The notes under the pieces are model-generated. The model was not told where the DNA came from and searched no databases. It saw only the letters and a list, made by a program, of their open reading frames with translations. From NCBI RefSeq assembly GCF_009834535.1, contig NC_045696.1:88600001-88664000 (forward strand): a DNA stretch of 64,000 nt, read 5' to 3'. Position numbers and translations under genes: made by a program. The stretch is from Camelus ferus. Lineage: Eukaryota. Below are positions 11,801 through 25,410 of the stretch, one piece after another. The stretch's first letter is position 1, and every line of letters begins with the position of its first letter.

Positions 11801-14800
11801 AAAAAAAATTGTATTTTAAAAAGTAGGTGATGCCTACTGTGGTCCTTCCTTTTTTGGGTAAAGCAGCCCCAAGCTAGGATAAAGCCCTTGAGAAGAGAAT
11901 AAAAGCTCACAAGCAAAGCTTGGTGACAGATGGAAAAGAAAAACACATAAAATGGCTTCAATGTTGCAAAACTGGAAACTAAAGATGACGGAGGTGCTAT
12001 TGAAAATGATGAGAAAGCAGAGTAAGGCGAAACATAATGTGCTAAATTGACTTTGAACATTTAACTGTAAGCCTGAAAACGATCCACCTCTCTGTATTTT
12101 ATGGAATACCCACCACCCCTTAAAAAAGAAAAGGTATTAGACGTATTTTATAGAACTCCAAAGAAAAACGCCAGACAAATGATTTTGGTTGTAAGTTCCA
12201 GGGAGACAAAAGCTATTTTCAAGAAAAGATAGTAAGTAATATTGAATTAAATTCTAATAGAGCCTATATTAGAAAAAGATCACGAGTAAATTAGACCTAG
12301 TTTCAAATCACTTTTAGTATTTTTCTCTGGAAACTTGCAAAGGGCAAGTTACTATTCATTTTCAACTGTAATAGATTTAATATAAAAACAGGCTTCTGAT
12401 GCCCTTAACTATGAAGATATGCCTTATATTTTCCATTTAATACTGCATATTTCATAGTTGTGGGAGTTTTTTATTTTTTGCCCTCCACTTTTTAATCAAA
12501 CGTCCTATTTTATTACCTAAAACTTAGTCTATAGTATGCAGTTTTATATTTTTAAAAATTAGGTATGGTATTCAAAGAAAAGAAAGCTTCCCAATACATT
12601 CTTACTTAGAAATTATTTTTAAAACCAAGGAATGGACTTATCATTAAGTTTGTAATGAGTTGTGTTATAACTGTTGGTCCTGATGTAAAGACCCAATTTC
12701 AAAGCAACTTTGAAAAGCCAACAGATGAGATTCTAAGATGACAAAACCTGGGAAATGCATCCTGAGAAGAAATACCCTCTTTTGCCTCAAGCTCTAGAGT
12801 GTGCTTTGCGAAGATAAAAGGAAGTTTCGGAATTTTAATATCCTTCAAATTCTCTGATTTTATAAATTACCCTTTCCCCTTCATTTTATTTAATGTGAGC
12901 GCGTGTGCGCGCACACATACTATAATTTGGCAGAGAGAAATCCTCAAGCTCCACTGAAGGGAATGGGGCGAATAACAGATGGCAGCGCCCTTCAGTTTCT
13001 ATTTACACAACATACATGCCAGCCTTGGAACACACAGTGATATGCTTCTGATATGAGGGGCGATCGTGAAAGGACACGGGCTTCTAAAACTGGATCAAAA
13101 GGACACTAAAGCAAAGCGGCTGCTCCTTGGATCCACGCTAGGGGTAAAGTTAACACTGATCTCACACAATAAGGCGCTATATCTGGCTCTGACGGCATCT
13201 GATCAGTGACCCTCTGGGGAGAAGCAGACTTTGACACTGAGGAAGACACAAGGGAGGTAAGGTAGGAAATCAATTCTGCAAATACTGAGCAGAAAAGAGC
13301 TGAATTTGGGGAAACAGTAACTCAGCGATGATCGCTAGGCATTGAGGGGATAAAGGAGAGATCATAAAGGAGATCTTTCAAAATCCGTGCCATCAGAAGA
13401 CAGACTAGAGGGGGGAGTCTACTGCAGACAAGGTTGCTCTGCCCTTGAAGGGAAAGGAATATTCATGTGAGGATTTGGCAGCAGCAAGCGCAGACCGCAC
13501 ATGAATATACTTAAGTCCACCTCAGAATCCATCTTCCTTAGGCAGAGCATCATTAACTTTTGACAACTGCTCTTTGGCACCAGGCACTTAAAAACAAAGT
13601 CAGAGGGCATGCCCTTGCCCACCAGGAAGAAGACAGAAGGTAAGGGAGTCGTTCTTCCCTCTTGCCTGCTGAGAGCGTCATTTCTTGCCATTTTCAGTCT
13701 TTGCCACTTTTGACTCAGGGGTTATTTAAATAAGAAAAGCATCTTTGAGAGGACCATCCTGCACTCCTTAATTTGTAATTCTGCCTCAGGAAGGCAAAGT
13801 TGATTCCTTCAAGAGACATGGCATCAGGAAAGTCTCAGGCTTACGCCTTAAGTATGTAAATGAAATCCTGTGCTTATTACGGAGATGAGATTGCTCTGGG
13901 GAACCAAAGCTGTGGACGTGCAAATGCTAGTCAGTTTTGTGGCAGGATGACCACCACAGAGGGCATACAGTCAGCATGCTAGGGATGTGGAGCCCCATAA
14001 CCTAACCTACCTGATATGGAGATTGAAGGTTTTATTAGTTTAAACATTCAGCTGATGACTGCTAAGTTATGGGTTATTCAGGACAATTCCTCTGAGACTC
14101 CTCAAGTGATAAACTTGGACATCTTTATGAGTCATCTGATTCATACATAATCTGAGGCATATTCACATGGTAGCGCCAAGCATGCCAAGGTGTGAAAACA
14201 CAACTCAAACTCCACTTCCTGAATGATGGCTTCCCTGACAGCAGATGGTTCCTTTTTATATATAAACATCAAAGTAAGGTATCAAATACTGTTTAGCCAT
14301 GTGGTCTATTTCCCTAATCTTATTATTTTGGTCAAATCTACATTCAAACTCTAAGGGATTAAAAATTTATCTTTTTACTGTCTAAAGAAAAGTTGTGGTT
14401 ATTTCTCTACTACTACTAAAGTATGATTAATAAATTCTTTGTCCCTCATTTACCACACACATTCCGAGAGTTGGGGGAATAGGTCATACTAAACTAGCTC
14501 TGTGGTCCTTCTTTCCAATTTTTTTTTAAAGCACATACACACATCTAAGTTCTCCTGAGAGATGGCAACATAAAAACAGCCAACCAGTAGTTTTTCATAA
14601 ATCTGTTGAGAAAACAAGCAGCACTCAGCCAAAAGTGGTCTTGTCAAATTGTGATAGGTGAGTTCTTATCTTTTCAGCAGTTACAAAAAAAAAAGGAAGA
14701 AATTGTTTCACATTCTATACACTTGAGATCTACAGAACAAAAATATGCAAGGTAATGTATGTTTACAGAAAAAAATGTTTCCTATTTCAGAGAAAATTAT

Positions 14801-15239
14801 GGTTAATTACTGGTAAAATTCCCTTCCATTTCTTAATGTTGGGCTATAAGGCTTGAGGAAAAAATAACTTCCATGAGTGCTATACAAATGTGTTCTAGAA
14901 AATTCCATGCATATTGCTAACTAAAAATGCCCTTGGGGATTTAGAAAGCCAATGGCACCAACTGTTATAAATGAATTATAAAACACTCATGAATTATTAA
15001 TCAAGAAGAACTCTGCAGCTGTGACAATAGAGCAGTCCCTCAGGGAGGCAGCCAAAACTTAGACAAAATGTTCCTTGGCCGGTAACGGGGCCAGAGAACC
15101 CTTCTTGGGCCTCACTTGACTCCTGCCCACAGCTTCCTATCAGGCTCTTTAGGGAGCACCTCCACAGTGCCGGTGTGGTCACAGTGGCAGAGAAGCACAA
15201 GGCCAGTGCCAGCTGAGTTGATGTCCTCAGTCTGACATG

Positions 15240-15949
15240 ACTTTTATCATATGATCCAGGAATCTTACTCCTTGGCATTTATCTGGAGGAAGCTCTAAAT
15301 CAAAAAGATATATGCACCCCAATGTTCACAGCAGCATTATTTACAATAGCCAAGACATGTGGAAGCAACCTAAATGTACATCAACAGATGACTGGATAAA
15401 GAAGATGTAACTATCTATGTATGTATGTGCATATGTGTGTGTGTGTGTGTGTATATATATATGCATACGTGCACACACAGTGGAATATTACTCAGCCATA
15501 AAAAATGAAATAATGCCATTTGCAGCAACATGGATAGACCTGGAGATTGTCATACTAAGTGAAGTGAGCCAGAAAGAGAAAGAAAAATACCGTATGATAT
15601 CACCTATATGTGGAATCTAAAAAATGAGATAAATGAACTTATTTACAAAGCAGAAACAGACTAAAAGACATAGAAAACAAACTTAAGATTACCAGGGGTG
15701 GGGGTGGCAGGGAAGAGGGGGAAGAGAACCTGGGAGTTCAGGATTTGCAGATACTAACTACTATATATAAACTAGATAAACAATGTCCTACCATATAGTA
15801 CAGGGAACAATATTCAATATCTTGTAATAACCTACAATGAAAATGAATATGAAAAGGAATATATATATATATATATATCTGAAACATTATGCTGTACACC
15901 AGAAATTAACATACATTGTAAATCGACTATACTTCAATTAAAAAAAAAA
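15240..15949 (+). mobile_element. Lineage-type LINE-1 3' end (ORF2 tail + 3'UTR + poly(A))
   Basis: Encodes VEYYSAIKNEIMPFAATWIDLEIVILSEVSQKEK. The 3'UTR ends ctatacttcaattaaaaaaaaaa. Contains an internal (TG/TA) microsatellite. Confidence 0.95.
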
Positions 15950-17158
15950 TAAGTGCCTCAAAACTAGTATCAGATTTAAGCTCCTTGAATGTGGTGGTGG
16001 GGCGTTGAAGAAGGGTCCATCTTTCTGCCAGGAATCTAGTAACTGTCTCATGCAGTGTGACTTGAGGAACCCAAAAAGGATCCCTGCCCCAAATCACTTT
16101 CCCTTTCGGTTTTGAGTTCTGAAATTCTATCATCATAGCTTTCAATCTCTGATTTATGCCAGTTCTCTTTCTCAAAAGGCAAAAATGTTAAGGAGAAGTA
16201 ATACATCAAGGAATGTTCAAATCTTAATGTGGACAAGCTGATCAGACTGTTACACATAGCGAGGGGGAATGAGAAGCAGAAAAGCACACAAGGAAATTCC
16301 TGGGACTGAGACGTGAAGTTGGCAAGTGAAGGTCAAGAAAGATAAATGTCTACTCTGACATTTAACCCTGTATGGAGGAAAACACAAAAACCTGTACAGC
16401 TTGAAGGTTTAATTGACTCTTCTCTATTGCTGGCTCTACCTGCAAGGACCAACCAGCAACACTACTTCGAGGTTCACCGAAGAAGGCAAACGTAATTTGT
16501 TGCCTCTCACACTCTGGTCAATAAGAATGCATTCAGCAGCATCTCTGGTCCACTTGTCTTAAAACGTCTCCAGCACAGATAGGAGGCATCACATGCCGTA
16601 AAAGTATCTTCTAGAACAAAAGCTTTTGCTCCTTCACTGGGACTGCCACAGCCCTGTCCTTCGTCAGACCTCTATGACAGCTCTCCATCAATTAGGCAGA
16701 CTGTCTCCGTTTATCACCTATCTGTCTCCTCACTAGTTTATGAGCAACTAGCAGGTAGGACAAACACTTTTTTCACATACAAAGGTTTCCCCAGCATCTA
16801 ACCCGGGATAGGCATGCTGGAAGAAAGTGATGGGGGGGGGGGAGCTTTAAAACTAGGCTTAATGCTCTATGAGTGTTCATTCTATACAAAAACAAACATA
16901 AAAGATAAAAGGACCAGGCCCCTTGTGTCTCTTTCTATCACTGACATTTGCCACTCTTCTGCCATAAGGCATATATAAAGGTCCTACTATGTTATATTTC
17001 TGGAGCACCAAATCTTGTTAATTCCACGGGAAACAGGACAGCTGATTTAGGCAGAGCCAGAGCCATTGTATCTCAAACCAAGAAAGTGCTTCCTGTTATT
17101 TTTGTATAATTTTGAACCTAAATGAAAATCCGATGAGAGCAATGGATCCTTTTCCCAG

Positions 17159-17160
<2 letters not shown>

Positions 17161-17188
<28 letters not shown>
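17161..17188. repeat. (AC)14 microsatellite
   Basis: Directly visible. Confidence 0.9.
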
Positions 17189-17195
<7 letters not shown>

Positions 17196-17332
17196 CTAGC
17201 GCCCCATTCTGAGAACTCAGGTATTAAGTTCATGAACCAGGTCACAGTGAAGTTTTACTAGATCCTCACATGAGAAGGGCACTAGGTACATGGCTCTAGT
17301 TTCCTCTACAAAATCAGGTGGTTGGATCTGAT

Positions 17333-17640
17333 CAGTATTTCTCAAGGGTGGTACTCTAACCAACGGCTTCTGAATTACCTGGGACTGGGGATAAGTGGTG
17401 TCTTCTTAAAAATGCAAAATCTGGGTCCTGCTCTATATTTAGTAAATCAAGATATTTTGGGTAGGACTCTAGAATCTGCTTTCTAAATTTGCGCTGTATT
17501 TTAACAAGCTCACTGAAGGGTGAAACCCACCAGTTTCTTCCCCATAGAGTTCTGATTTTGTAACAGTCTAGGTATGTGAATTTTCACAAAGCTGGACAAC
17601 AAATTCTGATGGACCTCCAGAGTCGTACTAGACTCTCCAC
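17333..17640. mobile_element. MER5-type hAT-Charlie MITE remnants (probably two pieces)
   Basis: 'cagtatttctcaag…gaattacctggg…taaaaatgcaaaatctgggtcc…agaatctgc…ttttaacaagctc', then 'agagttctgatt…gtatgtgaattttcacaaagct…attctgat'. Confidence 0.6.
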
Positions 17641-18369
17641 AATAACAGCCCTCTGCATCCCCCAGGACTCAGCCTGGCACGTAAATATTTTTAATTCTTG
17701 TAACAACCCTGACTGCATGTAGCAGCGACATTCCCACACGGCCTGTCTACCTTCAGTGCCACAGGCTTTTTTTTTTTTTTTTTTTAACAGCCTAACATTG
17801 CCAGTCTGTTCAGCCTCTGAAAGACCAAGCCCTCCCTAAAGCAAGCTAACTGACCTTGAGTACTTCTGATGCTAGGAGCACCTGCAACCCTCTTCCAACA
17901 GCTTGTGAGCAATCAAGCAAATCTCAGCAAGCTGTGTGGAACAGGCCACAGAATGACCTGTGGCAAAGCACCTTGAAAACACAGTGATGGTCTCTTGACC
18001 ATGCCCAGGCATGATCGGAGCACTGACCTGACCTCTGCTGGGGACCACCAGTAGAATGTTGAAGCCTGGAGAGTTGCAGCAAAATGCAGTGGAAAGGAAA
18101 TCAGCATCACCAGCAGTGCTGCACCCTTTGCATACAGAGTTTAAAAGGGTATCTTATTTTAGCAAGAGGAAAATGGGATACCTAATTGCGTGGAAATGCT
18201 ATAATTTCGGCAGTGAATGCACTTGCTTGTGTAAATATAAAATGGCACATTTTAAAATTTGAACAGGCAAATAGTTCAGAGAAAAATATACCCTTTCCCA
18301 CGTCCTACTTCAGCTCCAAAAGGCAACAGCTGGATGAGCAGATGTGCAGTCGTGGGCTAGAACCAACCT

Positions 18370-18860
18370 TTTTGATGAATACTTGAGTGTCTACTATGTG
18401 TCAGGCACTGTGCGAGCTGCTAGGACAAATGGTGGACACAAATCAATGTGTCTCTGCCCTCATAGTGCTTATGATCTAGTGGGGAGACAAGAATCAACCA
18501 ATCACTTAAGGGAATAAATACGAGCAGAAGTGCGGTAAGGCAAGGAACAAGGTTCTTTGAGGGGGTCTAACAAAAGAACATAAAGCACCTGATAAAGAGG
18601 AGAAGGGAGGCCTCCCTGAGAGAGTGATGCTTGAGCTAAGAGCTACGACATGACTAGGAGGCTCACAGCTAAAGGGGTAAGGAGAAAGAGGAAGAAGAGG
18701 TCAACACAGGCAGCACAGACGGTATATTTTATTGACAGGAATTTTCGAAAATGTGGATGAATGCGAGCCAGGGGTGAATAAAAGCTGCAAATAACAGGAG
18801 GGAAGCTTCCAGATGGCCTCGTGCTCTGAGATGTTGGGATACCAGCCACTGGGTCCATTG
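18370..18860 (-). mobile_element. L2 3' fragment
   Basis: 'ttgagtgtctactatgtgtcaggcactgtg…ctctgccctcatagtgcttatgatctagtggggagac…ggaggcctccctgagagagtgatgcttgagctaag'. Confidence 0.8.
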
Positions 18861-19719
18861 AGGAACATAAGGAAGGGAGAGATGTGTACTATGCTTGCCC
18901 AGATAAAACCAGGCATAACTTTCTGTTGTTGGGGAGGCGGGGGTTATTAGTTCCTAAATTTCTTTTCATTAAAATGAGTTTATTATAAAGAATATGAGTT
19001 AAGAACAGTATTAGGCCCTAAGAAGCCTTGACTGCCCAAAGAGCACCCAGTGTGGTTTTCATTCTCTCTTCCTCATCTAGTCCTCACATTCTCACGTCTC
19101 TGGTTGGTCCAGACAACTGGTAGATTCTCGGCTTTCCTTCCACATTACTCTCAAGTGTAGAATTTATACCAAGTTTTTATACCAACTTCTTTTAAAAATA
19201 TGCAGAGTTATAACACATCTGGCTGTCTTATGCTAGTCATTTCTTTTAAAAGTCAGCAAAAATGTTTATGAAAAGAACTGTTAACTAAAGTATCATCAAC
19301 TTACTTGGAATCATTCACCCCAAATTGTAAAACTGTTGCCCCAAAAGTCAGAGGAATAAAACTAAGATGAGCTTTTCTCTTTTAAGACATGTATGGAAGT
19401 TGCCTCAGTAGAGTAAGAAAGAAGCCCAGTGGTCTCCCCACCCCAAATCCCACTTCATTATCCTCCCTGTGGATACATGATCCTATTTCATCATCAAGTT
19501 CCCCACAAACAGAAGAGTAGGAAAAAAAGACTCAAATGCATAGGGTAGCCTAGTATTTGCCACTGAGAGAGACTTTCAAAAGACAAAATCTGAGTAATCA
19601 AGAGAGTGTTCCCATTGCCAGTTTTCCCACCTACCTGGGAGGGGGGCTGGAGAAATCATAGGGAGTGTAATATACCTATCTAGGTGGGTTGGCCCAGCTC
19701 TTTAGCAGACATATATCCA

Positions 19720-19845
19720 ACAGCTACCATTTACTGAGTACTAATTGTGTGCCAGGTACTATGCTTGGTACTTTATATGAATTACTTCATTTAATCCTCA
19801 CAATGATCCTGAAAGGTAGGTGTGATAATCAATGTTTTATAGATG
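19720..19845 (-). mobile_element. MIR
   Basis: 'agctaccatttactgagtactaattgtgtgccaggtact…catttaatcctcacaatgatcctgaaaggtagg'. Confidence 0.8.
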
Positions 19846-20281
19846 GGCCCTTTCATATTTCCTATAGTCCTTTGCTTCAACAAAATCTATAGTTTCATAA
19901 ATGTATTAGGTAGGTAAGTTTTAGGAATTTGAGACTAAGGAAAAAAAGACAGTAAAATTGAGATGAAGCCAGGGATAAAGTTGAGACACAAAACATGTGC
20001 CTTAAGATGCCTTTGATTTGTTAGCGAGGAATTAAAAACTAATGCCAGCACCCAAAGCAAAGAAATAAAGTTAGCCATCTCCACAGGTCACAGTGTCCTT
20101 AAAGTAAATTACAGGAAGGATCAAAGTAATGCCAATGGCAGACATTAATCAATCAAAGAATTATTTGCCGCTGAGCCCAGACCCACCCTGAGAATCCTTC
20201 TCAATACAATATTCCAGGCAGCAACCAATCAACCAAAGTTAGCACAGGAGATGAAACCTGTTCGTGAGCCTTGATCTAAAT

Positions 20282-20459
20282 CCAGGGCGGCAAACCACAG
20301 TGAAAACATCTGGTTTTGTGAATAAAGGTTTATTGGAACATACCTCCACTCAATTGTTCATATATTGTTAATAGCTAGTTCTGAGATAGAGTCCATATGG
20401 TACACAAAGCCTGAAGTATTTACTATATGGCTCTTTACAGAATGTTTACCAAACGCTGG
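20282..20459. mobile_element. MER58A-like hAT-Charlie MITE
   Basis: Ends 'cagggcggcaaac…' and '…gtttaccaaacgctg', with internal 'aataaaggtttattggaaca' and 'aaagcctgaagtatttactatatggctctttacagaa'. Confidence 0.75.
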
Positions 20460-22439
20460 TGTGGACGAATGGCCAAACTAAAGCAAAATTAGCAGACGTG
20501 TGTGTGCACACAACTGACGTTGTTTAGCTTGCATTTATTATTTGCCCTCATGTTTTGAACATTGTGTTGGGTTCCAGGTGTACAGAAATAAGTTGTACAG
20601 AGTTGCCACCTTGAAAGAGCTTACAGTCTAGCCTCAGAAATGCCTAAACAGATAATCACAAAACAATCTGATCAGTTCTAAACCATAAATACATAAACAA
20701 TTCACTATGTGAACCCAACAAAGTGATTTAAAATTCTAACACCCCAGAAAGATTTCTTAAGCACTCTCTTGCTTTCCACTTCATCACACAACCTAAAAAG
20801 TCAAGAGAGTCTTGGAAATTGCAGTCCTGTGGCAATCCTCAGAGGAAATGGGTGGATAAAAATGCAGCCAGACGTTATAAAGACTGGCTACTTGAACCTG
20901 GTGTAACACTAAAAATGAAAAGGTTATTAGGCATTCTAAAAATAAGGGACAACAGGTTATGCCCCTATAAAAAACAAACTTAAGCAACTTTGGCATCTCA
21001 AAACTACCATTTGTCAGGAATAACATAATCACGAGAAAACGAACAAGGCTCCAAAGAGACATGTAAAGTTTGAATTAGGATTCATAGTAGATTGGCAAGG
21101 ACATAATACATTCATAATTATAGTAATCCACAGCTGCTTCAACCTTAGACAATAATGAATTGCTTAATGAGGGCTGCTGTCTCTGAAATGGCAAGCAAAA
21201 ACCATCTACTATAGAGCAATGCCCTATCTTTAGGTCCTATATCCAGATAGTTCATATCTAAGGGAAGATTCACCTTTAGATTTATTGCTGCAATCAGCAA
21301 CTTCCAAGCGCCATAAATCAGTATAGAAATTGTTAGACAAGAAAAAGTATAAACTTTGCCATTCACCATACTCTATTATTAATTTCCTTTTATCCTCCAA
21401 GGTAGTACCTAGGATTCTTCCTCAAAACATATTGATCTGAGTGCCCTAGGATAAAGAAGTTATTAAATAAGTCAGCATGACTTATGAGACCCACTCACCA
21501 AACCGAGCTCTCTTTTCTAACACAAATCATACGGCCACATTCAGGCAATTAAATAGTGAAGGTTAGTATAACTTTAGAAGACAGGTGGCCGGCCAGTTTT
21601 GTTTTGAATAGCTATTTATAAATGAAGTGAGTTGCCAGCTCAGCTTGAAATCTTTCCTTCTAGAGTTGTATGAAACAACATTTTATATATAACACATTTG
21701 AACTTAGTACTTTAATGGTATCCTTCCAGAGAACTAGGTAAATTCTCAAGGCCCTTTTTTTTTTGTTCTTCAGTTAAAGAGAAAATTACACTTGGATATA
21801 TGTGTGTGTGTCCTATGTAATTTTTCAAATGAAAGTTCTATAAATGATAGATCAATTCTGTAATACCTCATTTAACAAGTGCCATCAGGGAACGAAGAGT
21901 TCCACATAAGTGAATGTCCCATTTAACTCAACCCTACTACTCTAAAAGATGAAAAAGTATCTTAACCTCTTTTGATGGAAATGTCTCTAAGCTGAAACAT
22001 ATACTTGTGTAGTTTTTCAAAGAGAATGTATGGAAGAAAATCCAGCATTTTTGGATGATTTAAGGCCATCTTCAGAACATGAAGGGAAGACGGTAATGTG
22101 CACGTTGCCTGTGTACGAAGACAGTTCCCACACCAAATCACCCTGACTGCTGTAAGAAGTTCTGGGTTCTCCCTCCACAATCCTGCTTCTAAGTGGTCAC
22201 TTCACACACAATTATTTAGCCTCAAGACTTGGAAAATATTTAACCTTCTTACTGGAGAAAGGTGCATGGGCTTTGTGATTAGTTTCCCCTTAGTCCTTCT
22301 GTGTTAACTCCCTGGTCCATTATAGTGCTCCAGATAGTTGAAATGGAAAAATAAAGTCTACCCACCGGCTAAGTAGAGTATAAGAAGTCAGAAATGTGAC
22401 TACCGAATGCATATCTACTTTTTATTTGAAATCATAGAA

Positions 22440-22576
22440 GGGAGGGTATAGCTCAGTGGTGGAGGGCATGCTTAGCCTGCACAAGGTCCTGGGTTCCATC
22501 CTCAGTACCTCCGTCAAATAAAGATAGATAAATAAATAAATAAACCTAATGACCTACTCCTCCCACCAAAATTTAA
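22440..22576 (+). mobile_element. tRNA-Ala-derived SINE (camelid vic-1 type) with TSD
   Basis: GGGAGGGTATAGCTCAGTGGTGGAGGGCATGCTTAGCCTGCACAAGGTCCTGGGTTCCATCCTCAGTACCTCC followed by (TAAA)n. Flanking repeat GAAATCATA at 22428-22436 and 22577-22585. Confidence 0.9.
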
Positions 22577-23129
22577 GAAATCATAAAGAACTTCCTTTAG
22601 AGTCATATGCTCCAGGAAAACCCATCAAAATGGCATGAATAGAACTGGTATCTTTATATCTATGATGTTTATAATGCACATATAAACTATACGGGTCAAC
22701 CAACTCTAATAAAAATCTAAATGAAGTTGGTATGACTGTCTTATGAAAAGCTACACAGCTTTACATTCTTACCAAAATATTCATTAATTGGATCAAAACT
22801 GAAACAACGTTTTTTACCTCTGGTTCTTTAGCATTTTGTACAATATCGGGTATTAGATAGGTGCTCAATAAATGCATGGTGAATGAATGAATCAAAAGAC
22901 TTCAGTGTTACAGAAACATTAAAAAAATTCAATATCCAAGTTTTGGATAATCAGTTTATTTTAGATCACTTAAATTACTACACTATATTTTCTCCATTTT
23001 ATAAAAAAAAATCGTATGCAACCTCGGAAGGTACAGCTGTGTACACTGGATGGACCATTAGCTCTAGGATCTGCGCCACTGGTTTTCACTATTCCCTATA
23101 TGAGCTAAAGCAATTAGAAGAGCAGTTAG

Positions 23130-24429
23130 GACAGCAGTATGTACATCAGTGAAGTTAGAACACTCCCTAACACCATATATAAAAATAAACTCAAAATAGC
23201 TTAAAAACTTAAACATAAGACAAGACATTATAAATCTCCTAGAAGAAAACACAGGCAAAACATCCTCTGTCATAAATCTCAGCAATGTTCTCCTAGGGCA
23301 GTCTACCCAGGCAATAGTAATAAAAGCAAAAATAAACAAATGGGACAGCAAAGGAAACCGTAAGTAAAACAAAACGCCAACATACAGAATGGGAGAAAGT
23401 ATTTGCAAATGATGCAACTGACAAAGGTTTAATTTCCAGAATATATAAACAGTTCATACAATTTAATAACAACAAAAAAAAAAAACCCCAATTCAAAAAT
23501 GGGCAGAAGACCTAAATAAGCAATTCTTCAGTGAAGGCATACAAATGGTGAATAGGCACATGAAAAAATGCTTAATATCACTAATTATCAGAGAAATGTA
23601 AATCAAAACTACCATGAGGTATCACCTCACGCCAGTCAGAATGGCTATCATTCAAAAGTCCATGAATGATAAATGCTGGAGAGGGTGTGGAGAAAAGGGA
23701 ACCCTCCTACACTGCTGATGGGAATGTAGTTTGGTGAAGCCATTATGGGAAACAGTATGGAGATTCCTCAAAAAACTAAATATAGACTTACCATATGATT
23801 CAGCAATCCCACTCCAGGATATATATATCTGAAGGGAACTCTAATTCAAAAAGATACATGCATCCCAATGTTCATAGCAGCACTATATACTAGAGCCAAG
23901 ACATGGAAGTAACCTAAATATCTATCAACAGAGGACTGGATAAAGAAGTTGTGCTATATTTATACAATGGACTATTACTCGGCCATAAAAGATAATGAAA
24001 TTATGCCATTTGCAGCAACATGGATGGAACTGGAGATCATCATTCTAAGTGAAATAAGTCAGAAAGAGAAAAAAAAATGCCATATATCTCTTACATGTGG
24101 AATCTAAAGAAGAAAAAGTAAAAAGAGGACACTAATGAACTTATCTATAAAACAGGAACAGATTCACAGACATAGTAAACAATCTTATGGTTACCAGGGG
24201 ACAAGGGGTGAGAAGGGATAAATTTGGGAGTTTGAGATTTGCAAATGTTTACCACTATATATAAAAATATACAAAAACAAATGTCTTCTGTATAGTACAG
24301 GGAACTATATTCAATGTCGTGTAATAACCTTTAATGAAAAAGAATATGAAAATGAATATATGTATGTATATGCATGACTGGGACATTATACTGTACACCA
24401 GAAATTGACACATTTTTCAATTAAAAAAA
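23130..24429 (+). mobile_element. 5'-truncated LINE-1 (about 1.3 kb) with poly(A) and 14-bp TSD
   Basis: ORF2 3' region and 3'UTR homologous to the copies at 8450, 15240 and 34367. TSD AGAAGAGCAGTTAG at 23116-23129 and 24430-24443. Confidence 0.96.
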
Positions 24430-24954
24430 AGAAGAGCAGTTAGAGTCTGGGAAGTTTCTAAAGTCATAGTTTAAATTTTTTTTATAAACAAGCATTATAA
24501 AACTTTCCAGTTTTATTCTATCACATACTGGAAAAGAAAAATAATATTTAGTTACATACATGTATAAATCTTATTTGCCCAATGTTTTCAAACATTATTC
24601 ATGATTGACCAACTTCTTAAAATACTAAGAAAGCAAATGTACAAGAATGGAAGAACAATACCAGAAACTTTTTCTTGACCTCTGCTTCTGGAATCCAACA
24701 TGAAACTGGAAATTTCATACCATAAATAGTAATCATACCTTCTATAAGGTTTTGGTTAAGCATGAACCTGTAGTTACCCTTTTCCCCACCAGATGGCATC
24801 CATGAATCAAGTGAAATAACTGACTTCCATGATACTCAAGAGGGAAACTAAAAATGCAGTAAGGGCTGGTTGTTCTTTTGTAGACTAGATGAGCATTCGC
24901 TGAAATTCAGTAATGAAAAGCAGATGGCTGCCTGTACTAGGTTACAAAGAAAGC

Positions 24955-25410
24955 CTAGTAATTCATTCAAGTATTCATTCAACATAATTACTGAGCCTTA
25001 ATAATGCTCCTAGCATTTTGCTGAATACGGAGAGTAAAAAGAAAGAGAACTTGCCCTCAAAGAGCTTATGATTTAAGGAAGCAGATGAATGGTAAAGAGG
25101 TAACTACACACTAGTACAATAAATTCTCGGAGAAGCCTTGGAAACACCATGTCAGAAGGGATATATGAGCTGAGTCTTGAGAGATGTAAGGGATGAGGAC
25201 TGATGGGTGGGTTTAGTAATCCAAGCACAGTCCAGTCCACACCAAGACAGGCACAAAAAAGCCTGGTATGTTTCAGGCTAACACTGGGTTTGAGGGCTGG
25301 AGAGAAGAGTATGTATGTGTGTTTCAAGGGGGAGGAAATGGCAGAAGATGAACTAACAGCAGGCTGGAACCGTGTATGTAAATTTAGGAATTTAAATTCT
25401 ATGAGAACAA
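24955..25410 (-). mobile_element. L2 3' fragment
   Basis: 'attcattcaa…ttactgagc…ttgccctcaaagagcttatgatt…tgagctgagtcttgagagatg'. Confidence 0.7.

Noticed and set aside
16048..16287. ORF with coiled-coil-like HKSEIESYDDRISELKTERE
   Set aside because: Short, no clear splice sites or homology, and the DNA looks like a degenerate MIR/MIR3 end.
22440..22515. tRNA-Ala-like sequences (also at about 800-876 and 43700-43774)
   Set aside because: They have mismatched stems, SINE tails and TSDs, so they are SINE heads rather than tRNA genes.
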